DNA from: Sinorhizobium meliloti
Lineage (GTDB): Bacteria > Pseudomonadota > Alphaproteobacteria > Rhizobiales > Rhizobiaceae
Direction of reading: 5' to 3'
Length of the DNA stretch: 32,000 nucleotides
Assembly (NCBI RefSeq): GCF_017876815.1
Contig: NZ_JAGIOS010000001.1
Location: 150,001-182,000 of the forward strand
In this document: positions 6,973 through 17,555 of the stretch, piece after piece
Numbering within the stretch: the first letter of the stretch is position 1
Layout of the letters: each line of letters starts with the position of its first letter
Notes under the pieces: generated by a model
The model's database searches: none
What the model was told of the DNA's origin: nothing
Seen by the model: only the letters and a program-made list of their open reading frames with translations
Made by a program: the position numbers and the translations under genes

Positions 6973-9627
6973 ATGCGGACAAACACTGGCCAGATCGTTC
7001 ATCTGGAAAACTACCGGCCGACCGATTTCGTACTCGAGAGGGTGGACCTGACTTTCGAACTCGACCCGAGGGAAACGAAGGTCGAGGCGCGCATGATCTT
7101 CCATCGCCGCGAAGGCGTCAGCCCCTCTGCACCGCTCGTTCTCGACGGCGACGAGCTCACCATGACCGGCCTGCTGCTCGACCAGGTAGCGGTCCCCGGC
7201 ACGCTCTATGAAGCGACGGACGACACGCTCACCATTCGCGGCCTGCCGGAAGCGGCGCCCTTCGAGATCACCGTCACGACGGCCTTGTCGCCTGAGACGA
7301 ACACCAAGCTGATGGGCCTCTACCGCACGAGCGACGTCTATTGTACCCAGTGCGAAGCCGAAGGCTTCCGCCGCATCACCTACTTCCCGGATCGTCCCGA
7401 CGTGCTGGCGGTCTATACCGTCAACATCATCGCGGACAAGGCTTCTGCACCGCTGCTGCTTTCGAACGGCAACTATCTCGGCGGCGCCGACATGGGTGAC
7501 GGCCGTCACTTCGCCTCCTGGTTCGATCCGCATCCGAAGCCGAGCTATCTGTTCGCGCTCGTTGCCGGCGATCTGGGCGTCGTCGAGGACGCCTTCACCA
7601 CCGCTTCCGGCCGCGACGTCGCCCTCAAAATCTATGTCGAGCACGGCAAGGAGCCGCGCGCCGCCTACGCCATGGATGCGCTGAAGCGGTCGATGAAATG
7701 GGATGAGGAGGTCTTCGGGCGCGAATACGATCTCGACATCTTCATGATCGTTGCCGTTTCAGATTTCAACATGGGCGCCATGGAGAACAAGGGGCTCAAC
7801 ATCTTCAACGACAAATACGTGCTCGCCGATCCGGAGACAGCGACCGATGCGGACTATGCCAATATCGAAGCGATCATCGCCCACGAATATTTTCACAACT
7901 GGACCGGCAACCGCATCACCTGCCGCGACTGGTTTCAGCTCTGCCTGAAGGAAGGCCTGACCGTCTATCGCGACCACGAGTTTTCCGCCGACATGCGTTC
8001 TCGCGCCGTGAAGCGGATCGCCGAAGTGCGGCACTTGAAATCCGAGCAGTTCCCCGAGGATGCCGGCCCCCTCGCCCATCCGGTGCGCCCGACGCAATAC
8101 CGCGAAATCAACAATTTCTACACGACGACGGTTTACGAGAAGGGGTCCGAGGTCACGCGGATGATCGCGACGATCCTCGGCCGCGACCTCTTCAAGAAGG
8201 GAATGGACCTCTACTTCGAGCGTCACGACGGCCAGGCGGTGACGATCGAGGATTTCATCGCCTGCTTCGAGGCTGCGAGCGGCCGAGACCTCAAGCAGTT
8301 CTCGCTCTGGTACCATCAGGCCGGAACGCCGCTCGTCACCGCTTCCGGCACCTATGACGCCGCCAGGCAGACATACACGCTGTCGCTGGAGCAGACCGTT
8401 CCGCCGACGCCCGGGCAGAGCAGCAAGGCACCGATGCATATCCCGCTCCGCTTCGGATTGCTGCTTCCGGACGGAAGCGAGGCAAGGCCCTCGGCCGTCT
8501 CCGGCGCCGAGATCACCGGCGACGTACTGCACCTGACCGAGCGCAAACAGACGGTCACCTTTTCCGGCATCCCATCCGAGCCGGTCCCCTCCTTCAACCG
8601 CGGCTTCTCCGCGCCCGTCAATCTGCACCTGACGCAAAGCGCCGAGCATCGTGCGCTGATCGCGCGCCACGAGACCGACCTCTTCGCACGCTGGCAGGCG
8701 CTGAACGCGATGGCCCTCGACAATCTCGTCAAGGCGGCAGCGGAAGCGCGTACCGGCCAGCCGATTGACTGTGACGATGCGCTCGTCGATGCCCTGCTTG
8801 CCGCAGCCGGCGACGACCGACTGGAGCCGGCGTTCCGATCGCAAGTGATGTCCCTGCCGAGCGAAACCGACATAGGCCGCGAAATCGGCAGCAATAACGA
8901 CCCGGATGCCATTTACGCCGGCCGCCAGGCTATTCTGGCCGCCATCGCCACGGCCGGCAAAGATACCTTTGCGCGACTGGTAAACGAGATGTCGCTGTCC
9001 GGCCCGTTCCGGCCCGACGCCGACAGTGCCGGACGGCGGGCGCTGCGCAATTCCGGGCTCTCCTATCTCGTCTATGCCGACGGGAGCCCGGACAAAGCGG
9101 CTGATGCGTTTAGCTCCGCCAACAACATGACCGATCTCAGCCAGGCGCTGACGCTTCTTGCACACCGGTTTCCGGATGCCCGGGAGACGGCGGACGCACT
9201 GGCCGTGTTCAAGAAGCGCTTTGCCGACAACGCGCTCGTCATCGACAAGTGGTTCGCCATTCAGGCGACGATCCCCGGAGCATCGACGCTCGACCGCGTT
9301 CGGGCGCTGATGTCGGATCCGCTCTTCAATGCCAGCAATCCGAACCGCGTTCGCTCACTGGTCGGCACATTCGCCTTCGCGAACGCCACCGGCTTCAACC
9401 GCATCGACGGCGAAGGCTATCGTTTCCTTGCCCGACAGATCCTGGACATCGATACGCGCAACCCTCAGCTTGCCGCGCGTATTCTGACGTCGATGCGCTC
9501 ATGGCGGTCGCTCGAAAAAATCCGGGCCGGCCACGCCCGCAGCGCGCTCGAGGAAATCGCGCGTGCCTCCAACCTTTCCGCCGATGTCAGCGACATCGTT
9601 GACCGCATGCTCAAAGACGAGCACTGA
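6973..9627 (+). CDS. pepN: Aminopeptidase N (M1 family)
   Basis: Track ORF 6700..9627, trimmed to MRTNTGQIVHLENYRP (ATG 6973). It has the GAMEN exopeptidase motif (GAMENKGLNIF) and the zinc motif HEYFHNWTGNR...E. At 884 aa it matches the size of E. coli PepN. Confidence 0.95.
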   Translation: MRTNTGQIVHLENYRPTDFVLERVDLTFELDPRETKVEARMIFHRREGVSPSAPLVLDGDELTMTGLLLDQVAVPGTLYEATDDTLTIRGLPEAAPFEITVTTALSPETNTKLMGLYRTSDVYCTQCEAEGFRRITYFPDRPDVLAVYTVNIIADKASAPLLLSNGNYLGGADMGDGRHFASWFDPHPKPSYLFALVAGDLGVVEDAFTTASGRDVALKIYVEHGKEPRAAYAMDALKRSMKWDEEVFGREYDLDIFMIVAVSDFNMGAMENKGLNIFNDKYVLADPETATDADYANIEAIIAHEYFHNWTGNRITCRDWFQLCLKEGLTVYRDHEFSADMRSRAVKRIAEVRHLKSEQFPEDAGPLAHPVRPTQYREINNFYTTTVYEKGSEVTRMIATILGRDLFKKGMDLYFERHDGQAVTIEDFIACFEAASGRDLKQFSLWYHQAGTPLVTASGTYDAARQTYTLSLEQTVPPTPGQSSKAPMHIPLRFGLLLPDGSEARPSAVSGAEITGDVLHLTERKQTVTFSGIPSEPVPSFNRGFSAPVNLHLTQSAEHRALIARHETDLFARWQALNAMALDNLVKAAAEARTGQPIDCDDALVDALLAAAGDDRLEPAFRSQVMSLPSETDIGREIGSNNDPDAIYAGRQAILAAIATAGKDTFARLVNEMSLSGPFRPDADSAGRRALRNSGLSYLVYADGSPDKAADAFSSANNMTDLSQALTLLAHRFPDARETADALAVFKKRFADNALVIDKWFAIQATIPGASTLDRVRALMSDPLFNASNPNRVRSLVGTFAFANATGFNRIDGEGYRFLARQILDIDTRNPQLAARILTSMRSWRSLEKIRAGHARSALEEIARASNLSADVSDIVDRMLKDEH

Positions 9628-9653
9628 ACGAGCATCGGTCCCCGGCTTGTTGA

Positions 9654-9690
9654 TCTCCTCATCCCTGTGCTCGTAACAGGGATGAGGAGA
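9654..9690 (+). terminator. Perfect 15-bp stem-loop downstream of pepN. It is a likely terminator or REP-like palindrome.
   Basis: TCTCCTCATCCCTGT-gctcgta-ACAGGGATGAGGAGA, 27 nt after the pepN TGA. There is no U-tract. The core ATCCCTGTGCTCGTAACAGGGAT resembles a palindrome family recurrent in rhizobial intergenic regions; this is from memory and not verified. Confidence 0.5.
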
Positions 9691-9774
9691 GGCAGAACTT
9701 CAACGCATCAATCCATCTCGCAGCAGCCGCCATAAACTCCCGGCAATCCGGCTATCATTTCCCAACGATGAAAT

Positions 9775-9796
9775 ATGGTTAACAAATCTTTACCAT
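9775..9796. promoter_or_regulatory. Candidate CtrA box upstream of the pleC-like kinase
   Basis: ATGGTTAAcaaatctTTACCAT. TTAA-N7-TTAC (9779-9793) matches the CtrA consensus TTAA-N7-TTAAC at 8 of 9 positions. ATGGTTAA is the exact reverse complement of the TTAACCAT half-site. It lies about 195 nt upstream of the kinase start. Confidence 0.45.
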
Positions 9797-9812
9797 TGCC
9801 TCTGGACAAGGC

Positions 9813-9928
9813 GAATCGCCCTGTGATTCATTGAGTCAGATTCGGGCGAGCGGCGCGCCGAATCACTGGAACGCCCGCTTCCGGGAAACCGCTGAAGATG
9901 GGATCGACGTTTCGGACTGAGAAGAATC
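9813..9928. promoter_or_regulatory. Cluster of six GANTC (CcrM methylation) sites
   Basis: GAATC 9813, GATTC 9825, GAGTC 9833, GATTC 9839, GAATC 9860 and GAATC 9924. The sites at 9839 and 9860 form the arms of the palindrome GATTCGG-N12-CCGAATC. Confidence 0.5.
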
Positions 9929-9989
9929 AAGCGTTCCTTGCGGCATTGTCGAGTGCGGAACGCTTTTCGAGGACGACAAATTGGATAAG

Positions 9990-12308
<2,319 letters not shown>

Positions 12309-12318
12309 CCACGCCCGC

Positions 12319-15279
12319 TTACGCTGCAGCAACAACCCCCTGGAAGATCCGGCGCACGGCCTTCGAGAGACGGCGAATGTCGGCTTCGAGATGCGTCAGA
12401 TCCGGATAGTCTCCGGCACGGCAGACGAGATCCACAAGACCGGCCGGCGCTTCCTTGGGGTCGAAGTCGCCATCGATGCAAAGGCGCACGAGCTGCGACA
12501 GCTCGGTGAAGAGCACGAGCGCTTCGGCGGCCGTATCGAGATCGTTCGCATTCATCATCCCGGCACCGAGCGCCTTCAGCGCCTCGAGCGTATGCGTACC
12601 GGCAGGAGGGGACGTTACTCCCCTCGCCGGTGCGACCAGGGCGAGGTACTGGGCGATGAACTCGATATCGACCAACCCGCCGGGAATGAGTTTGAAATCC
12701 CATATGTCCTTCGGCGGTTTCTCCTTGTCGATCAGGCCGCGCATCTCCTCGACGTCCTTGCGGATCTTCGCGATGTCGCGCTTTTCAGTGAGAATCTCGG
12801 CAAAGATCGCCTCCGCTTCGCCGACGAGGCTCTCATCGCCGCAGATGCGGCGCGCCCGCGTCAGCGCCAGATGCTCCCAGGTCCAGGCTTCCGTTCGCTG
12901 GTACTTGGCGAAGGCGGTTATGCGGGTGGCAACCGGCCCCTTGTTGCCGGAGGGTCGCAGCCGCATGTCCACGTCGTAGAGGATGCCCTCGGCGGTCGGC
13001 GCCGACAGCGCGGCGATCAGCCGCTGCGTGACCCGCGTAAAATAGCGTACTGGATCGAGCGGCTTGGCGCCGTCGGACTCGAGCACTTCGTCGTCGTAGT
13101 CGTAGAGCAGGATGAGGTCGATATCGGAGCCGGCGGTCAATTCGTGGCTGCCAAGCTTGCCCATTCCGACGATTGCGACCCGCCCCCCGGGGAAACGTCC
13201 ATGCGCCGACCGGACCTCCTCCAGGACCGCATCGAGCGCGGCGGCAATGATCAGATCGGCAAGGTCGGTGAGAGCGCGTCCCGCCTGAAGGCCGGTGATC
13301 GCGCCCGTGAGCAGCCGGATGCCGATCAGGAAGCGCTGCTCGGCGGCGATGATGCGCAAGCGGTCCAGCACCTCCTCGTAGTGCCGGCCTCCGCCGACGA
13401 AAGTCGCGATGCGCGGCGCCAGATAATCCCTGGTCGGCAGCTCCGCAAGCAGCCCCGGCTCCAGCATGCCGTCGAAGACATGCGGTTTGGCGGCAATGAT
13501 GTCCGCCAGGCGCGGTGCCGACGACATGATATTGACGATCAGCGACAGGAGGCCGGGATTGTTGCCGAGCAGCGAGAAGAGCTGGATCCCCGCCGGCAGA
13601 CCGGAGAGGAAGTGGTCGAAACGCAGAAACGCTTCGTCGGCCCGCCTGCTTTCGCCGAAGACGCGCAGGAGCTCCGGCGTCAGTTCCGTCAGCCGCTCGC
13701 GCGCCTCGACCGACTGCGTTGCCCGATAGCGCCCGTAGTGCCAGGTGCGGATGATGTTCGCTATGTCGGATGGCCGTTGGAAACCGAGCTTCTTCAACGT
13801 TTCGAGCGTATCCGGATCGTCCTGCTGACCGGTGAAGACCAGGTTTCCGGTCTCGGTGGATAGCTTCGCCTCCTGCTCGAAAAGCTGCGCATAGCGCCGC
13901 TCGACCGTGCGCAGCACGCGCGACAGCGCATTCGAGAAGGAAGCCGTATCCTCGAAGCCGAGCATATAGGCGATCCGCCTGAGTTCCGGCTCGGTCTCCG
14001 GAAGAAGGTGGGTCTGCTCGTCATGCACCATCTGGATGCGGTGCTCGACGTCGCGCAGGAACCAATAGGCCTCGATAAGTTCCTCGGCCGTCGCCCCGTC
14101 GATCCAGCCGCTCTCGGCGAGCATCCGCAGCATCGTTTCCGTTTGACGCAGCCGCAGCGCGGGCGTGCGGCCGCCTGCGATCAGCTGCTGCGTCTGGACG
14201 AAGAACTCGATCTCCCGAATGCCGCCGCGCCCGAGCTTGATGTTGTGTCCCTTCACGGCGATTTCTCCGTGCCCCTTGTGGGCATGGATCTGCCGCTTGA
14301 TCGAGTGAATGTCGGCAATTGCCGCATAGTCGAGGTACTTGCGGAAGACGAAGGGCGTCAGTTCCTTGAGGAAGCGTTCGCCCGCCTCCAGATCGCCCGC
14401 GATCGGCCGCGCCTTGATGAAGGCGGCCCGTTCCCAGTTCTGTCCCCTGCTCTCGTAATAGAGCATTGCCGCCTCGACCGGGATGGCAAGTGGCGTCGAG
14501 CCCGGGTCTGGCCTAAGCCGCAGATCCGTGCGGAAGACATAGCCGTCGCCGGTTCTCTCCTGCAGGATGCGAATCAAGCGCCGCAACAGCCGGGCGAAGG
14601 TTTCCGGAGCATCGTCGCGATTGGTGATGATGCTCGACTGCGGATCGTAGAAGACGACAAGATCGATATCGGAAGAATAGTTGAGCTCGCCGGCACCAAG
14701 CTTGCCCATTCCAAGCACGACGACGCCGGAGGCGGTGGACGGCGCGGAACTGTCCTTCAACACGAACTTGCCGCTTTCATGCGCGCCGAGCAGCAGATGA
14801 TCGATCGCCGCCGAAACGGCCGCCTCTGCAAAATCGCTGAGCCACCCCGTCGTCTCACGGCCGCCGAAAAGCCGCGACAGGTCCGCAAGCGCGACAGCGA
14901 AGGCGACCTCGCGCTTCGCCCGCCTCAATCGCGTCATGATCTCCGCATCCGGCAGCGCCGCCCCGGCTGCATCGCCCCGCCAGGCCACCCTTGCGGCCTC
15001 GATCCTGCGCTTCAAAAACGCCGGCAGCGTCTCGGACAGCAATGCTTCGAGGATCGCCGGGTGGCTACGCGCCGTATCCCGCAAGAATGGCGAGAGCGCG
15101 AAGGCTGCAACGAGAAAATCCTTGAGCGGCGCGTCCGAGGCAATGAGCTTCGCAATGTGGTCGCTGCCTTTCGCCGCATCCTTGAGAACCGAAAGGGCGG
15201 CCTTGGCGTCCGCCTGGCTCGCCGGGCGAATCGCCACCACATCGATATCGGACAAAGACCGCTCGATCGCTTCCGCCAT
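12319..15279 (-). CDS. glnE: Bifunctional glutamine synthetase adenylyltransferase/adenylyl-removing enzyme
   Basis: Track ORF 12319..15534, trimmed to MAEAIERSLSD (start 15279, SD GAAGGGGGGA). It has two nucleotidyltransferase cores, GMGKLGAGELNYSSDIDLVVFY and GMGKLGSHELTAGSDIDLILLY. At 986 aa the length is typical for GlnE. Confidence 0.92.
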   Translation of the reverse strand: MAEAIERSLSDIDVVAIRPASQADAKAALSVLKDAAKGSDHIAKLIASDAPLKDFLVAAFALSPFLRDTARSHPAILEALLSETLPAFLKRRIEAARVAWRGDAAGAALPDAEIMTRLRRAKREVAFAVALADLSRLFGGRETTGWLSDFAEAAVSAAIDHLLLGAHESGKFVLKDSSAPSTASGVVVLGMGKLGAGELNYSSDIDLVVFYDPQSSIITNRDDAPETFARLLRRLIRILQERTGDGYVFRTDLRLRPDPGSTPLAIPVEAAMLYYESRGQNWERAAFIKARPIAGDLEAGERFLKELTPFVFRKYLDYAAIADIHSIKRQIHAHKGHGEIAVKGHNIKLGRGGIREIEFFVQTQQLIAGGRTPALRLRQTETMLRMLAESGWIDGATAEELIEAYWFLRDVEHRIQMVHDEQTHLLPETEPELRRIAYMLGFEDTASFSNALSRVLRTVERRYAQLFEQEAKLSTETGNLVFTGQQDDPDTLETLKKLGFQRPSDIANIIRTWHYGRYRATQSVEARERLTELTPELLRVFGESRRADEAFLRFDHFLSGLPAGIQLFSLLGNNPGLLSLIVNIMSSAPRLADIIAAKPHVFDGMLEPGLLAELPTRDYLAPRIATFVGGGRHYEEVLDRLRIIAAEQRFLIGIRLLTGAITGLQAGRALTDLADLIIAAALDAVLEEVRSAHGRFPGGRVAIVGMGKLGSHELTAGSDIDLILLYDYDDEVLESDGAKPLDPVRYFTRVTQRLIAALSAPTAEGILYDVDMRLRPSGNKGPVATRITAFAKYQRTEAWTWEHLALTRARRICGDESLVGEAEAIFAEILTEKRDIAKIRKDVEEMRGLIDKEKPPKDIWDFKLIPGGLVDIEFIAQYLALVAPARGVTSPPAGTHTLEALKALGAGMMNANDLDTAAEALVLFTELSQLVRLCIDGDFDPKEAPAGLVDLVCRAGDYPDLTHLEADIRRLSKAVRRIFQGVVAAA

Positions 15280-15313
15280 GCACATCCCCCCTTCGGTTCC
15301 CGTCATGGGTTTA

Positions 15314-16711
15314 TCAGGTCGCAACCGCCGGGAAAACCATGCGAACAGCCAGGCCCCGACCGTCCTCCTCCGTCGCCGACAGTTCCAGCGAGCCGCGGTG
15401 CATCTCCATGACGGCGTCGACGAGCGAGAGGCCGAGGCCCGTCCCCGGCTTCGACCGGCTTTCGTCGAGGCGAACGAAACGCTTGACGACCTCTCCGCGC
15501 ATATTCTCCGGAATGCCGGGCCCGTGGTCGGCAACGGTCAACACGACGTGACGATCGCTCCTCATCATTTCAACCCGTATCAGCGGATTTTCGGCACCTT
15601 CCGCATATTTGATCGCATTGTCGATCAGGTTGCCCAGCGCCTGGCTGATCAGTTCGCGGTTGCCGGAGATCGCCACCCCCGGCGCCGCCTCCGCTTCGAT
15701 GCGCATTTCCTTGTCTTCCGCCAGCGGCTCGTAGAGCTCGACGCAATCCGCCACGATCCGCGCCAGGTCGACTTCGCTCATCTCGGCGACGGCGGAGCCG
15801 GCTTCGACGCGGGAAATCATCAGAAGGGCGTTGAACGTACGAATCAACTGATCGGACTCGGCGATGATCTGTTCGAGCGCGCCGCTCTGGTTGCTCCCCT
15901 CGGTATCGGCGAGCGCCGCCTCTGCCTTGTTGCGCAAGCGCGTCAGCGGTGTCTTGAGGTCGTGCGCTATGTTGTCCGAGACCTGTTTCAGTCCTTCGTT
16001 CAGCTTCTCGATGCGCTCGAGCATCGCGTTCAGGGATTCCGAGAGACGGTCGAACTCGTCGCCGGAACCGCTCGTGGGCAAGCGTTGCGAGAGGTCCCCG
16101 GCCATGATCTTCGTGCTCGCCTCCGACATGCGGTCGATGCGGCGCAGGGCATTGCGGCCGATGCCGAACCAGATGACCAGCGCCCCGAGCCCCATGATGC
16201 CGAGCGCGACCATCAGTGCCTGACGGACAAGCACGCGGAACTTCTCGGGTTCCTGCAGGTCGCGGCCGACCAGTATCCTCAGCCCGTTGTCGAGCACCAG
16301 GACCTGGGCAAGGGCGACGTGCCTTTCGGCACGGCTCTCGTCGGTGAAGCGCCGGTAGCGGAACGGCTCCGACTTCCAGCCCTCGTCGTCGAGGAGCCCA
16401 GGTTGGAGCGCAGCCACATTGCCGGCGAGGATTTCTCCGTTCGGCCCCGCAATGACATAGAGATTTGCACCCGGCTGACGCGCCCGACGCTCCAGCGAGC
16501 GAAGCAGCCCGTTGATCCCGGCGCGGTCGTAGACATCCGCAATCTGGGTTACCTCGGCGGCGATCGAGTCGCGCGTCTGCTGCTGCAGGAGACGCTCCGA
16601 CATGCCGGTCACGTAGAAGACGAGGAAGGCGGCGCAAAGGGAGAACAGGACCAGATAGAGCGCAGAGAGCCGGACTGCAGTCGTCCTGAACAGCACGCTG
16701 ATCCTGCTCAT
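15314..16711 (-). CDS. Sensor histidine kinase (2 TM, HAMP, HisKA, HATPase_c), partner of the upstream OmpR-family regulator
   Basis: Track ORF trimmed to MSRISVLFRTTAVRLSALYLVLF (start 16711). Its ATG overlaps the regulator stop (ATGA at 16708-16711). It has the H-box SDNIAHDLKTPLTRL, the N box NLIDNAIKY, and G boxes DHGPGIP and GTGLGLSLV. Confidence 0.9.
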   Translation of the reverse strand: MSRISVLFRTTAVRLSALYLVLFSLCAAFLVFYVTGMSERLLQQQTRDSIAAEVTQIADVYDRAGINGLLRSLERRARQPGANLYVIAGPNGEILAGNVAALQPGLLDDEGWKSEPFRYRRFTDESRAERHVALAQVLVLDNGLRILVGRDLQEPEKFRVLVRQALMVALGIMGLGALVIWFGIGRNALRRIDRMSEASTKIMAGDLSQRLPTSGSGDEFDRLSESLNAMLERIEKLNEGLKQVSDNIAHDLKTPLTRLRNKAEAALADTEGSNQSGALEQIIAESDQLIRTFNALLMISRVEAGSAVAEMSEVDLARIVADCVELYEPLAEDKEMRIEAEAAPGVAISGNRELISQALGNLIDNAIKYAEGAENPLIRVEMMRSDRHVVLTVADHGPGIPENMRGEVVKRFVRLDESRSKPGTGLGLSLVDAVMEMHRGSLELSATEEDGRGLAVRMVFPAVAT

Positions 16712-17409
16712 GCGTCCGTGGTCCGGTCGTCCTTGATCATGTATCCGGCGCCACGGATCGTCCTCAGCAACGGCGGATCGAAATCCTTCTCGATCTTCGA
16801 ACGCAAGCGCGAGACATGCACGTCGATCACATTGGTCTGGGGATCGAAATGATAGTCCCACACGTTTTCGAGCAACATGGTTCTCGTCACCACCTGTCCG
16901 GCATTCTTCATGAGATATTCGAGCAGCCGGAATTCGCGCGGCTGCAAGGGGATCTCCTTGCCCTGCCGCCGGACGGAATGGGACAAACGATCGAGTTCGA
17001 GATCGCCGACGCGATAGACCATGTCCTGCTCGGGTGCGCCCTTACGCCGGCCGAGTACCTCGACGCGGGCGAGAAGCTCGCTGAAGGCGTAGGGCTTCGG
17101 CAGGTAATCGTCACCGCCGGCGCGCAGGCCGGTGACGCGGTCGTCCACCTGGCCGAGTGCCGAGAGAATGAGCACCGGCGTGTGGATGTCCTTGCGCCTC
17201 AGTTCCGTAATCAGCGACAGGCCGTCGCGGCGGGGAAGCATGCGGTCGACGACAAGCACGTCATAGGCGTTCTCGCTCGCCATGAATAAACCGCTCTCGC
17301 CGTCACTCGCGTGGTCGCAGACAATGCCTGCCTCGCGGAAGGCCTTGGCAAGATAGGCGGCTGCCTCGAGATCGTCTTCAACAATCAGAATTTTCATGCG
17401 GGTGACCAT
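16708..17409 (-). CDS. OmpR/PhoB-family response regulator
   Basis: It has a receiver domain (KILIVEDD, VLVVDRMLP, KP) and a winged-helix output domain (LQPREFRLLEYLM...VSRLRSKIE...IRGAGY). The start is either 17409 (AGAGG upstream) or 17397 (MKILIVEDD). Confidence 0.9.
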   Translation of the reverse strand: MVTRMKILIVEDDLEAAAYLAKAFREAGIVCDHASDGESGLFMASENAYDVLVVDRMLPRRDGLSLITELRRKDIHTPVLILSALGQVDDRVTGLRAGGDDYLPKPYAFSELLARVEVLGRRKGAPEQDMVYRVGDLELDRLSHSVRRQGKEIPLQPREFRLLEYLMKNAGQVVTRTMLLENVWDYHFDPQTNVIDVHVSRLRSKIEKDFDPPLLRTIRGAGYMIKDDRTTDA

Positions 17410-17478
17410 AGTCCCGGACCTCTGTTCGTCTCAACCGGATTCGGTTCGCTGTGCGTACCGGGCACGCGACCCGGCCAG

Positions 17479-17518
17479 AAACAGGAAAGCGCCGCGACAT
17501 GGCTTTATGTCGCGGCGC
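17479..17518 (-). terminator. Rho-independent terminator downstream of degP
   Basis: On the minus strand: GCGCCGCGACAT-aaagcc-ATGTCGCGGCGC, a 12-bp perfect GC-rich stem, followed by TTTCCTGTTT. It lies about 37 nt after the degP stop. Confidence 0.65.
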
Positions 17519-17555
17519 CCCCTCATGGAACGGCACTCAGTCCGTCCGTGGCATC

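Noticed and set aside
15570-16637. 355-aa same-strand alternate-frame ORF inside the histidine kinase. The same class includes 28641..30047 inside the PBP, 4798..5454 and 4767..5234 inside the MFS gene, and 22459..23181 inside ccmI.
   Set aside because: These are out-of-frame translations of well-supported genes. The composition is extremely Arg/Pro/Gly-rich, and none has an SD or a motif.
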